64,000 nt of DNA. Source: Deltaproteobacteria bacterium. Its GTDB lineage: Bacteria > Desulfobacterota > Desulfobacteria > Desulfobacterales > JAHEIW01. Position 1 is the first letter of the stretch; each line of letters begins with the position of its first letter. Below the pieces are notes generated by a model that saw nothing but the letters and a program-made list of their open reading frames with translations, ran no database searches and was not told where the DNA came from. Shown piece after piece: positions 9,119 through 18,645 of the stretch. The translations under genes were made by a program, and so were the position numbers. The stretch lies in the NCBI GenBank assembly GCA_024639185.1, contig JAHEIW010000002.1, forward strand, positions 2,842-66,841, written 5' to 3'.

Positions 9119-11746
9119 ATGACAGGCAACGAAATCCGTGACCAATTTTTGCGATATTTTGAAAAGCACGATCATCGGATTGTTCGCAGCTCATCATTGG
9201 TTCCCCAGGATGACCCGACCTTGCTGTTTATCAATGCCGGCATGGTGCAGTTCAAACGTGTCTTTCTGGGCGAGGACAAAAGAGATTATGTCCGGGCAAC
9301 CACTTCTCAGAAATGCGTCCGCGCCGGGGGCAAACACAATGATCTGGAAAATGTCGGCTATACCGCCCGCCACCATACTTTCTTTGAGATGCTGGGCAAT
9401 TTTTCTTTTGGCGATTACTTTAAAGAAGGGGCAATTGAATTTGCCTGGGATTTGCTCACCAACGGTTATGGGCTGCCGGCAGACAAACTCTATGGCTCCA
9501 TTTACCTGGATGATGACGAAGCGTATGAATTATGGAGCAAAAACATCGGCCTGCCCGATGAGCGTATCGTCAGGTTCGGAGAAGAGGACAATTTTTGGTC
9601 CATGGGCGATACCGGCCCGTGTGGGCCCTGTTCTGAGATCTTGCTGGACCGCGGTGAGCAATACGGATGCGACCGACCGGATTGTGCGGTGGGTTGTGAG
9701 TGCGATCGCTATCTTGAAATCTGGAATCTGGTCTTCATGCAATTTAATCGGGATGCATCCGGTAAAATGACAGCGCTTCCCAAACCCAGTATTGATACCG
9801 GCTTGGGGCTCGAGCGTATTGTTTCGGTCATTCAGGATGTGCCCACCAATTTTGACACAGACCTCATCCGGCCTATTATTGCGGAGGCCGAACGCCTGGC
9901 AGAGAAGCGATTCGGTGAATCCCGCGAAACGGATGTGGCCATGAAGGTCATCGCTGACCACAGCCGGGCAGCGGCATTTCTGATCGGCGACGGTATTATG
10001 CCGGCCAATGAGGGGCGGGGATATGTGCTGCGCCGTATTTTACGCCGGGCCATTCGTTATGGTCGCAATATCGGCTTCAGGCGGCCGTTTCTGCATAAAA
10101 CCGCCGGTGTGGTGTTTGACATAATGAAACCGGCTTACCCGGAGCTGTCCGAAGCAGCAGCCTTTATCACCAATATTATTGAAAATGAAGAGGTTCGATT
10201 TCTGGAAACCCTGGACACCGGTCTGAGGCTATTAAATGACACGCTTTCTGAGATCAAGGCCGGCGGTGAGTCCCAGGTTCCCGGCGAGGTTATATTCAAG
10301 CTCTACGATACATATGGCTTCCCGGTCGATATCGTGCGCGATGTCGTGCGCGATGAAAATATGAGCCTCGATATGGAGGGATTTGACCGTTTTATGGACG
10401 AGCAGCGGGCCCGCTCCCGTTCGGTCGCAACCTTCACCACCCTGGGCGAAGCATACAAAAATCTGTCGGCCAAGGGGTTTAAGCCCAAATTTCATGGCTA
10501 CGATGCAATCACCAGCGAGTCAAAAGTCACGCTTTTGGTACATGACGGAACTGATGTTAATGAAGCCGCAGCCGGCCAGGAAATTGAACTGGTCAGCGAG
10601 GAAACACCGTTTTACGCAGAAGCCGGCGGCCAGGTGGGTGATAGTGGCAAAATTATCGCTAAAAATTTTGAAATGAGCGTGGTCGATACGATCAAGGATC
10701 CTGCCGGCATCGTGATCCACAGAGGCAAGGTCATATCCGGTAAAATAAAAAAAGGCCAGAAAATAAAGCTGCAGGTCGACAGGGCCAAACGCGCGGCCAC
10801 CGCCTTGAACCACACCGCGACGCACATTCTGCATGCCGTTTTGCGCGAGGTGCTCGGCGAGCATGTCAAACAGGCCGGTTCGCTGGTTGCACCGGACCGT
10901 TTGCGCTTTGATTTTACCCATTTTTCTCCTGTGGATCGTGATACGCTGACGGAAATCGAGACCCGGGTGAATCGCCGGATCCGGCAGAACGTTCCCACCC
11001 ATACCGAGGAAATGGAAGCTGAAACGGCTTTTAAATCCGGTGCCACCGCTCTTTTTGAAGAAAAATACGGCGACCGTGTGCGGGTGGTCTCGCTGTCCGA
11101 TTTCAGCAAAGAACTGTGCGGTGGAACGCATACCGGCAAGACCGGGGATATCGGTCTTTTTAAAATCACCGCTGAATCCAGTATCGCTTCCGGCGTGCGG
11201 CGCATTGAAGCGCTGACCGGAGACGGTGCGCTTCAATACGTTCAGAAGACAGCCAGCCTGCTTGAAGATGCCGCTCATCTGGTCAAAGAAAATCCGGAGG
11301 CTCTGCCGGCAAAGCTTAAAAGGATTCTCGGTGATCATAAGGCGCTTGAAAAAGAGATTGACCGGCTCAAAGCTCAAATCGCTTCAGAGTCGGCTGAAGC
11401 CGATGGTGAGGCAATTCAAACCATCAACGACACGAATGTCTTGATCCAGCAGGTGGCGGTGGACAATCCGGCTGCCCTCAGAGATCTGGCAGATCGGCTC
11501 AAAGACAAAATCAAATCCGGCATTATGGTAATGGGAAGCGTAAAAGGCCCAAAAGTATTTTTGATCGTCGGCGTGACCAAAGACCTTACAAATCGCTTTC
11601 ATGCCGGAAATATCATCAAGAAAATAGCACCGATTGTGGGGGGCGGTGGCGGCGGCCGTCCGGATCTGGCGCAGGCCGGCGGCACTCAGCCAGCCAAGTT
11701 GGATCAGGCGCTTGAAGAAGCTCGCAACATCATCGCTGGTTCCTAA
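9119..11746 (+). CDS. alaS: Alanine--tRNA ligase
   Basis: About 875 aa. Class II AlaRS N-terminus (RSSSLVPQDDPTLLFINAGM), editing-domain HxxxH motif (HTATHILH...CGGTH) and a C-terminal DHHA1-like region. ATG at 9119 with GGAG 6 nt upstream. Confidence 0.97.
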   Translation: MTGNEIRDQFLRYFEKHDHRIVRSSSLVPQDDPTLLFINAGMVQFKRVFLGEDKRDYVRATTSQKCVRAGGKHNDLENVGYTARHHTFFEMLGNFSFGDYFKEGAIEFAWDLLTNGYGLPADKLYGSIYLDDDEAYELWSKNIGLPDERIVRFGEEDNFWSMGDTGPCGPCSEILLDRGEQYGCDRPDCAVGCECDRYLEIWNLVFMQFNRDASGKMTALPKPSIDTGLGLERIVSVIQDVPTNFDTDLIRPIIAEAERLAEKRFGESRETDVAMKVIADHSRAAAFLIGDGIMPANEGRGYVLRRILRRAIRYGRNIGFRRPFLHKTAGVVFDIMKPAYPELSEAAAFITNIIENEEVRFLETLDTGLRLLNDTLSEIKAGGESQVPGEVIFKLYDTYGFPVDIVRDVVRDENMSLDMEGFDRFMDEQRARSRSVATFTTLGEAYKNLSAKGFKPKFHGYDAITSESKVTLLVHDGTDVNEAAAGQEIELVSEETPFYAEAGGQVGDSGKIIAKNFEMSVVDTIKDPAGIVIHRGKVISGKIKKGQKIKLQVDRAKRAATALNHTATHILHAVLREVLGEHVKQAGSLVAPDRLRFDFTHFSPVDRDTLTEIETRVNRRIRQNVPTHTEEMEAETAFKSGATALFEEKYGDRVRVVSLSDFSKELCGGTHTGKTGDIGLFKITAESSIASGVRRIEALTGDGALQYVQKTASLLEDAAHLVKENPEALPAKLKRILGDHKALEKEIDRLKAQIASESAEADGEAIQTINDTNVLIQQVAVDNPAALRDLADRLKDKIKSGIMVMGSVKGPKVFLIVGVTKDLTNRFHAGNIIKKIAPIVGGGGGGRPDLAQAGGTQPAKLDQALEEARNIIAGS

Positions 11747-11920
11747 AACGAGCTGCATCGAATAATTCCTCGATGCTCTTCAATCGGAATAATGGAACGC
11801 TGGAATATTGGAAAAATGGGTGATTAAGAATTTCTAGTGGCTCCATTCAGTACTTGCGTAGGAAAAATGTTACTATCCTAAACTAAAAAGCCCTTGGCAT
11901 CTTTGCGTGAGGAAATCCTT

Positions 11921-14182
11921 TTAAAATTTTAAACGCTCATCAATTAGGCGGAAGGTCTGGCGTACAAGGGCATGATAGCGCAGATCCTCGTGCAATGCCC
12001 TGAATTGAGCGTGTCGTAATTTTACCTCCGCCAACAAAGCAAGATCTGATTTTTGCGCATTACGCGCATAACTGCGAATGACAGCGCCCAGATGCAGCAA
12101 CAGGGGTTCTAAAAGATTTGAGCTTTCTGTCAGGTGATATATGTGTGCAGCCGGATTGCCGTAAACGTTAAGGGCACTGCGCAGCACCTCAAAGCCTGTC
12201 CGGCCGCCTACGAGCCCTAATAAAACATGAACCTCTCTTTCCAGCGCCAGTAAGAATCCAGCCGGTAAAAGCGGCTCGATGGCAGTCTCTGGTTCCATGG
12301 CCTCAATCAGTCTTTTGCGAATCGAAAGCATTTTTTCCAAAAACACAATCTGCGCAGCATTAATTTTCCAGATCACGTAATTGACTGCATTATTGTCCAG
12401 GCCGCCCCTGATCCGCAAAACTTCGTCAGGCGTCAATTCATTTTCCATATCGCTTTCTTTGATGTAGCTGCGCATGAATTGATTGACCAGCATGATGGCA
12501 TTTCGGTCCGCATAGGTGACTGTGCCGGGGTCCTGTAAAAAATGCGCCAGCAGTAACTTGATCGCCTGAATCGGCTGTTTGGTCTCTTTTACCAGCAGTT
12601 GAAGAGAATAGAGCAGGGGCAGGCGATTGCTGCGGCGCGACGTTTCCTTTAAAAATTCCCACAGAATTTCAAAAACCTTTTTTTTGTAGGTCGCAAACTC
12701 CGATACCTTTTTTTCGAAGGCCGATCTTAAAAAGTTACCCTGACTGTCGAAACACTTTTTAAATAATCGGATAATAGCAGCCATATCCGCAGGAGAGATG
12801 CCAAAATCTGAAGCGATGGCTTCAAAATTTGGAGCGGCGTAATCTTTATCCGGGGTAAGCGAAATTCTTCGTTGCCTGCGTGCAATGGACCGGCTTTTGG
12901 TGTGATCGATAATTTTTAAAAGATCTTTATCTACCTTGCTGACCGTCGTTTCGGCGCCTTCTGCCCAGAATTTCAGTTCATCTTCCGTGACGACAAAATC
13001 CCCTAAAATCTCGTCCGGGACCTGATCCATTCGGGCCTGAATTCTTCTTAATACTTCAGCGCTTATATCCCGGGCGGCCGGCGTTTTTTGCATACTGTCC
13101 AATAAATTGGTAACCAGTTTAAGCCTTTGGCCCAGGCCATCTGAATTGATGCGCCGGTAATCCGTCCCGTAAACGCTTTTCAATATACGGGAGGCTGTTT
13201 GGGGAGATTTGCCAAATTTTCCTTTTATAAAGCGGGCGACGCGATCTTTCAAAACAGATGGATCGGCCTTTAATTCAGGCGCTTTTTTTTGAAGGTCGCC
13301 ATCGGATGTGATTGCGCTTGAGGCGGGATGGAAACCAAATACCGGGTCGACGGTAACCTGTATCGGCGGCCGGATCAAACCCGGCCGCAGGCGCTTTATT
13401 TTAAAAATGGCATCAATAATGGGCAACTGCCCACTGTCTGCCATTTTTGGGTCAGCGACCTGATCCAGCAGTTTGGCAACGGTGCCTTGATCCATTTGAT
13501 TGACAGCTGCCAGCAGGGTCAGGTTGACATCCGGCTGGCGGCGCTCATTGTATATCGGAAACTGGGAATAGGACCTTTCGTTATTGATGAGGACAATGGC
13601 CGATTTATTCTCAACCGCCTGGTTGAAACCGGAAATCACCTGCAGCGATGTTCGTAGCGCAGCCATTGCTTTGAGAGATTCGCCCGGAAGCTTCACCCAA
13701 AACTGGTTGAAACCGTGATCCGCCAGAGTTTCAAAAGATTTGCCCAATCGACCTTCCAGATGCTTCAGGCGAATACCCATCCGGCCGATAAGGGAAACAA
13801 CGCCTGGCATATCGACCGTTATCGTCCCAAAGTGGATCACGTAGTCAGCCCTTGGGTCAATCTCGGGGTTGTGGCGGCCCCGGTAGTCGAACCGCACCCA
13901 TCCATCATGTACAGCCATCTGGTCGAGCTCATCCAGAATTCTGCTCAACTGGCGTAAGTTATCCTCTGCGGCTTTGGCATCTTCCCCAAAATGGTCGTCG
14001 CGCAATGCCACATTGAGAAGGTAAGCCAACTCCACCAGCAGAATCCCCCAGCGATCATGCTTGCCGTCTTCCCGCTTCGCTGCTGCAGTCCGGGTTGCCG
14101 ATTTCTGGCTCGATGGCGCATCCGGCATCTGGCTGCCGGTATCACTCAGGGCTCTTAGAAGTTTTTGAGTCGTTTCATCCAT
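11921..14182 (-). CDS. Large hypothetical protein (about 753 aa) with no motif I recognise
   Basis: Long uninterrupted ORF with composition like its neighbours. No P-loop, metal or TM motif seen. ATG at 14182 (the track start at 14188 is a TTG). Confidence 0.6.
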   Translation of the reverse strand: MDETTQKLLRALSDTGSQMPDAPSSQKSATRTAAAKREDGKHDRWGILLVELAYLLNVALRDDHFGEDAKAAEDNLRQLSRILDELDQMAVHDGWVRFDYRGRHNPEIDPRADYVIHFGTITVDMPGVVSLIGRMGIRLKHLEGRLGKSFETLADHGFNQFWVKLPGESLKAMAALRTSLQVISGFNQAVENKSAIVLINNERSYSQFPIYNERRQPDVNLTLLAAVNQMDQGTVAKLLDQVADPKMADSGQLPIIDAIFKIKRLRPGLIRPPIQVTVDPVFGFHPASSAITSDGDLQKKAPELKADPSVLKDRVARFIKGKFGKSPQTASRILKSVYGTDYRRINSDGLGQRLKLVTNLLDSMQKTPAARDISAEVLRRIQARMDQVPDEILGDFVVTEDELKFWAEGAETTVSKVDKDLLKIIDHTKSRSIARRQRRISLTPDKDYAAPNFEAIASDFGISPADMAAIIRLFKKCFDSQGNFLRSAFEKKVSEFATYKKKVFEILWEFLKETSRRSNRLPLLYSLQLLVKETKQPIQAIKLLLAHFLQDPGTVTYADRNAIMLVNQFMRSYIKESDMENELTPDEVLRIRGGLDNNAVNYVIWKINAAQIVFLEKMLSIRKRLIEAMEPETAIEPLLPAGFLLALEREVHVLLGLVGGRTGFEVLRSALNVYGNPAAHIYHLTESSNLLEPLLLHLGAVIRSYARNAQKSDLALLAEVKLRHAQFRALHEDLRYHALVRQTFRLIDERLKF

Positions 14183-14592
14183 CTGCAATTATAAGCGATT
14201 GAAATGCATATTCTGATGAATATTAGTCACTTATATAAGCATAGGGTAATATCGGCCGGGTGTCAATCAAGAAGAAGACTTAATTTTCAGCTAATTGAAG
14301 AGAAAGAAGCATTATTCGGAGGGTACTGTACAGGTATGTTCGCAATCTCACCAATTTTCAAAGGTAGCCCATTCGTGTGGGTTGTTGGAGAAACATGCAA
14401 ATTTGAGGCTTGAAAATATTTGGGATTACCTAGCGATATATGTAATAAATTGCGGTTATCTCTTCATAGCCGGAACCCATCACTCAACCATTTTGCACAT
14501 TTCATTACGCAGCCTAAAATTTCCAAACAATTTAATTCTTAAAGCAGATATAGTCCGTAGGATCTCATTTTGTAAGATCGTCAGATTAAAAA

Positions 14593-15465
14593 CTAAATTT
14601 TTTCTATTAAAATTATGGTCAGTATCTTTATTGGGGTGGAGTTATGCCTATCGGCAATTCCCTTGATTTTGTCGTCGTCCTTGACCTTAATTCCTTCCTC
14701 CTTTAGCCGTTGGTAAGCTGTTTTCCGGTCAATCCCATGATCCTCAATTATCTGAGCGATAGTCTTTCTGCCAACACCGGTACCAGCAAATGTTTCCTCG
14801 ATTTTCTCAGGCGTCCAGGTCGCTGTGGGTTCTATCGGTTCAGGTCTTGGCTCCAGTTTCCTGATCACCTCATAGACCGCCATGCCTGAGGCATCTTTAC
14901 TGTCGGCTATCTCGCTAAGGGTGTTGCCGGGATTGTTCAATTTAAAACCAGCCTTCCTGAGTTCTGCCATTGCCTGGTCCAGAGGAATGCTCTGTTTCTT
15001 GCAAAAAGTCTTGAGGCTAACCAGTTCAGCGTGGCCGAAAGGGGGTTCCAATCCGGGAGCAGTGATCCAAGAGTTTTTGATGGACTCGCCCAAGTTTGTC
15101 ACGTAGGCAAGAGGCGGCAGTGACCAAATGCCACTTACGACTAACCAAAAAAATATCAAGCTGCTAATCACCAATTCGCGTTTATAGCGCAGCGATGTTT
15201 CAATCTTGTCGCTCAGGTACTTAACCAAAGGTTTCCAGTTATAAAAAAGGTGGAAGCCACCCGCTACAAGGAATAAAATACCCGAGTAAATGTGTATGCT
15301 GCCCCACTGGTCCTTTTCTAGCCCAACAAAGCTCCACTTGGTCCAGTAAGCCACGCGACCGTGCGGTTCTATGTAAAGAATTACCCCAGTGACCAATAGC
15401 AAGGCAAAACTCACAAGTGAACATAATGAGGTAAAAGTCCGACCATTCCAGTTTCTATTGCTCAT
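14593..15465 (-). CDS. Membrane protein with DUF4405-like (cytochrome-b-like 4-TM) N-terminus and duplicated small helical C-terminal modules
   Basis: 290 aa. Four predicted TM helices with conserved His (EPHGR, HIYSG, FHLFYNW). RBS AAAGGTG. Confidence 0.6.
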   Translation of the reverse strand: MSNRNWNGRTFTSLCSLVSFALLLVTGVILYIEPHGRVAYWTKWSFVGLEKDQWGSIHIYSGILFLVAGGFHLFYNWKPLVKYLSDKIETSLRYKRELVISSLIFFWLVVSGIWSLPPLAYVTNLGESIKNSWITAPGLEPPFGHAELVSLKTFCKKQSIPLDQAMAELRKAGFKLNNPGNTLSEIADSKDASGMAVYEVIRKLEPRPEPIEPTATWTPEKIEETFAGTGVGRKTIAQIIEDHGIDRKTAYQRLKEEGIKVKDDDKIKGIADRHNSTPIKILTIILIEKI

Positions 15466-15504
15466 TCATAACACCTTTCTTTAATATCGACTCTTGTTTT
15501 CCAG

Positions 15505-16038
15505 CTACCGTACGATCCAAATTGTTCGATCGCGGGCCATATGAATGACCTTGTTCGTAACTCTGCCAATAAAAAAGTCCTGAACCCGGGAATGTCCTCT
15601 TCTTCCCATAATAATTGTCCCGTATCCTGCTTCTTTAGCTTCAGTGGCTATTGCCCTTGCCCGACTGTGAACACCCTTTTTTAGTTTAGTCGAAACTTTG
15701 CTAGGCTTAAAACCGGAATCAATCAGCTTTTGTTTGGCTTCATCCATCGAGGCGAGCATCATTTTCCGAGTATATTCTGTGTGTTTTTCAGGTGAAAAAA
15801 TATGCTGATATTCTTGATAGTCATGCCCGTTTCCTCTAACCACGTGCAACAGCCCGACTCTGTATACTTGCCCTCCCATGAATGATCCGACAAAATCAAC
15901 GGACCGCATAGCGCCCTCGGAATCATCATAAGCCAGCAGGATCTTATTGCCTGCTGGCGCACTGCCGACCAATACAAGCGGCAAAAAAGTGAGTTTTTCA
16001 ATCAACTTTGTAGCCACGCTGCATATAGACGTCAACAT
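15505..16038 (-). CDS. Universal stress protein (UspA family)
   Basis: KILLAYDDSEGAMRSV...GYGTIIMGRRGHSRVQDFFIGRVTNKVIHMARDRTIWIVR, the classic USP ATP-binding C-terminus. Confidence 0.8.
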   Translation of the reverse strand: MLTSICSVATKLIEKLTFLPLVLVGSAPAGNKILLAYDDSEGAMRSVDFVGSFMGGQVYRVGLLHVVRGNGHDYQEYQHIFSPEKHTEYTRKMMLASMDEAKQKLIDSGFKPSKVSTKLKKGVHSRARAIATEAKEAGYGTIIMGRRGHSRVQDFFIGRVTNKVIHMARDRTIWIVR

Positions 16039-16263
16039 TTTTTCTTTGAGTTATCTCCCATGCCTTGACCAACCTTACCGTTGAGGTACTGGCAGGATCC
16101 TTCTCAAGATCCCAGTAGGATTCTGGGACTGAATTGAATAGGTGAAATAAGACAATTTTTTTATCTAGAAATGAATCCGACCTGCCGATATATCGGACCG
16201 TATTTGCGCACGATCAGATCCGTCAACCGGTACTAAAATCTTCTTTTTTGTTGTCTCGTCCAT
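16039..16263 (-). pseudogene. Frameshifted remnant of an upstream USP domain (possible former tandem-USP N-terminal half)
   Basis: The ATG at 16263 gives MDETTKKKILVPVDGSDRA..., which stops after 32 aa. The +2 frame continues ANTVRYIGRSDSFLDKKIVLFHLFNSVPESYWDLEKDPAST...AWEITQRKNVDVYMQR and runs into the annotated USP ORF in a third frame. Confidence 0.5.
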
Positions 16264-16349
16264 TGCTGCTCCTCCAATTTAATGGCTCTTTATTATGTCA
16301 TTGTAGCAATTTTTACCCTTCTGTTGGAGCACTAAAAACAAGGAGGTCT

Positions 16350-17036
16350 TTAATTAATGACATGAATAATTCTGGTACTGAGGCGATGATCCACCATATA
16401 AAGAAGTGTGGCTTTTTCTGCCAGATCTTCTCTAAGCCTGTCCAATTTCTCTCGATTAACACGATAAGCCCTCATATATACATGACGGTAGCCCTCTGGG
16501 ACGCCTTCATAAGTTGAATATATGCTCACCACATGCCCTTCGTATTGGTGGATAATATCCGTTAACTCCATCATGGCCTTGGGTCTGTCTTCAACTCGAA
16601 ACGCAAACTGAATGCCCCTTTGGTCTACTCCGGTTACCGATGACAACACTTTGAATAGATCCTCTTTGGTGATAATTCCCACAAGTCTATTCTTATCATC
16701 TACGACGGGGGCGCCTGAAATCCTTTTATTACGCAAGAGATTGGCGGCTTCTTCTATTGTGAAATCCGGTTGGACCGTAACCGGATCGGGTGACATTATT
16801 TTTTTAATTTTAAATTGGGAAAGAAGCGTCAGAAGCTCATAAACCGCCAGTGTAGTTGCATCTGAAGCCGAGGCCCTTTTCAAATCTCGATCCGTAACGA
16901 TTCCAACTAACCTGTCATTTTGCATCACCGGCAAGGTTTTTATGCTATGTTGATTCATGAGTCGGATAGCTTTCTGCATGGAATCATCTGCTTCTATGAA
17001 GACAACCGGCGTGCTCATCCAGTTTTTGACCAACAT
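16350..17036 (-). CDS. CBS-pair domain protein with ACT-like C-terminal domain (AcuB-like)
   Basis: Two CBS repeats (LPVMQNDRLVGIVTDRDL and APVVDDKNRLVGIITKEDL). RBS AAGGAGGAG. Confidence 0.8.
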   Translation of the reverse strand: MLVKNWMSTPVVFIEADDSMQKAIRLMNQHSIKTLPVMQNDRLVGIVTDRDLKRASASDATTLAVYELLTLLSQFKIKKIMSPDPVTVQPDFTIEEAANLLRNKRISGAPVVDDKNRLVGIITKEDLFKVLSSVTGVDQRGIQFAFRVEDRPKAMMELTDIIHQYEGHVVSIYSTYEGVPEGYRHVYMRAYRVNREKLDRLREDLAEKATLLYMVDHRLSTRIIHVIN

Positions 17037-17186
17037 GGGCTCCTCCTTGTTTTAAAAATTTTAAAAGGCAAAGGTAAAGTCTTAAATAGAGAGCTACTGA
17101 GTGTTGCGCCGAACTTGTACAATTTATAATTTTAACAACACTCCTGAGAAGAATTTCGAAATCTTTGCCTTAGAAAACAAAAATTG

Positions 17187-17438
17187 TTAATCTTCCGGTT
17201 CCGCCAAAATGGCAACGACAACTTTCACAGGCACACTTATTCCGGCTGGGATAATAATTTGAGATAATTTACCTCTATCAGGGGATTGCACCTTTTTGGT
17301 AACCTTTTCCGTTTTTACTTCGAACAAATCTTCGCCTTTATCTATCCTATCTCCCTCCTTCTTGAACCATTGTGTGATTTTTCCCTCTTTCATTGCCAGG
17401 TCCCATTTGGGCATTTTAATATTGATTGACACATTCAT
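17187..17438 (-). CDS. Free-standing lipoyl/biotinyl-attachment-type domain protein (83 aa)
   Basis: MPKWDLAMKEGKITQWFKKEGDRIDKGEDLFEVKTEKVTKKVQSPDRGKLSQII matches the E2 lipoyl-domain pattern. The candidate modified Lys lies in TEK, where the canonical motif is TDK. Confidence 0.62.
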   Translation of the reverse strand: MNVSINIKMPKWDLAMKEGKITQWFKKEGDRIDKGEDLFEVKTEKVTKKVQSPDRGKLSQIIIPAGISVPVKVVVAILAEPED

Positions 17439-17477
17439 TTCTTCCCCCCCCCGATACAGACCAAATTGGTTTAAACC

Positions 17478-18371
17478 TTACCCTGCTAAGGCGCTTTTTT
17501 TATTCTGCGGGCTCTCAGGAGATATTTGCGTTAATTTCACAATCTCGTCCACCATCTTGTTGAATTCCCGGGTAATGGCAAGCTCATTGTTGGCCAGCAG
17601 GCTGATATCTCCGGCATCTCCTTTGGTTACAACCTCTAACTCTATGGGTAGCGTCGCCAAAAGCCTCAAATTCTCTTTTAATGCAGTTGTCTCGCCACCG
17701 CTTTTTTTAAATACATCTATTTTTTTTCCGCAGTAAGGACACTTTAAACCGCTCATATTTTCCACCAGGCCCAGAATCTCCATCTTGACCTGGCGGCAGA
17801 AGTTAATGGATTTCCTCACATCTGCCAGAGAAACCTCCTGCGGTGTCGTGACAATCAAAGCCTTGGCATCGGGGATGGTCTGGGCTACGGTCAGGGGTTC
17901 ATCGCCCGTCCCAGGCGGGGAGTCAATCAGCAGATAGTCCAAATCGGCCCACTCAATGTCAGATATAAATTGTTTGATCGCCCCGATCTTTAGCGGGCCT
18001 CTCCAGATCGTGGCTGCATCCTTATTTTCGCCCATGAGGGTTTCGATTGAAATCACTTCTAAATTTGGCATATAGTTGACTGGCAGCATCTTCCCTTCCT
18101 GGCTGCCAAATTCAAGGTTGCCCTCAAGGCCCAGAATGCGCGGAATGCTGGGACCGTGAAGATCCACATCCATCAGGCCAACCCGGAAACTCTTTTTTGC
18201 CAGAGCCACGGAAAGATAAGCAGCCACACTGCTTTTTCCGACCCCGCCTTTGCCGCTCATAACCAGGATTTTGTTCTTTATATGGCGCAAGGTCGCGGCA
18301 ATTTCTCGGTTTTGCTTTTCCATCTGCGCTTGGCGAGTTTCCGTGTCGATATTGCCACTTTTTTTTGTCAT
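17478..18371 (-). CDS. Mrp/NBP35 (ApbC) family Fe-S cluster carrier ATPase
   Basis: Deviant Walker A SGKGGVGKSS plus the CPYCG (CxxC) cluster-bridging motif. RBS AAGGAGATG. Confidence 0.9.
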   Translation of the reverse strand: MTKKSGNIDTETRQAQMEKQNREIAATLRHIKNKILVMSGKGGVGKSSVAAYLSVALAKKSFRVGLMDVDLHGPSIPRILGLEGNLEFGSQEGKMLPVNYMPNLEVISIETLMGENKDAATIWRGPLKIGAIKQFISDIEWADLDYLLIDSPPGTGDEPLTVAQTIPDAKALIVTTPQEVSLADVRKSINFCRQVKMEILGLVENMSGLKCPYCGKKIDVFKKSGGETTALKENLRLLATLPIELEVVTKGDAGDISLLANNELAITREFNKMVDEIVKLTQISPESPQNKKSALAG

Positions 18372-18581
18372 TGGAATTCATCTCCTTTTTTCCATGTTAA
18401 TACCAGGTCACCATGGCTGGCTTCCTGCAATTTTTGATCACCCGTCTAACCATCCTAAATACATCTGCTAATATAAAACAATTACGCTCCTATCTTCTTT
18501 GAAAATAGCCCGGCTCAATGAACGATAACGCTTCCATAACTGAAATCTATGATATAATCATTTTAATATGATTATCTTGAC

Positions 18582-18597
18582 AGCACAAGATATGCCA
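18582..18597 (-). promoter_or_regulatory. Sigma-54 (-24/-12) promoter upstream of the mrp / lipoyl-domain / CBS genes
   Basis: Minus-strand sequence TGGCATATCTTGTGCT. GG and GC are spaced as in the consensus TGGCAC-N5-TTGCW. Confidence 0.65.
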
Positions 18598-18613
18598 ACA
18601 GGCTTTTTTGTTG

Positions 18614-18639
18614 GTAAAACTAACTAATTCGATTAGTTA
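18614..18639 (-). terminator. Possible intrinsic terminator after the MFS gene
   Basis: Palindrome taactaat-tcg-attagtta (18621-18639) lies just after the stop at 18646-18648. On the minus strand it is followed by GTTTTAC. The stem is AT-rich, so the terminator would be weak. Confidence 0.3.
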
Positions 18640-18645
18640 TCAACA

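Noticed and set aside
10520-11377. 285-aa minus-strand ORF, together with other antisense ORFs at 9530-11758
   Set aside because: These are shadow ORFs opposite alaS and show no recognisable motifs.
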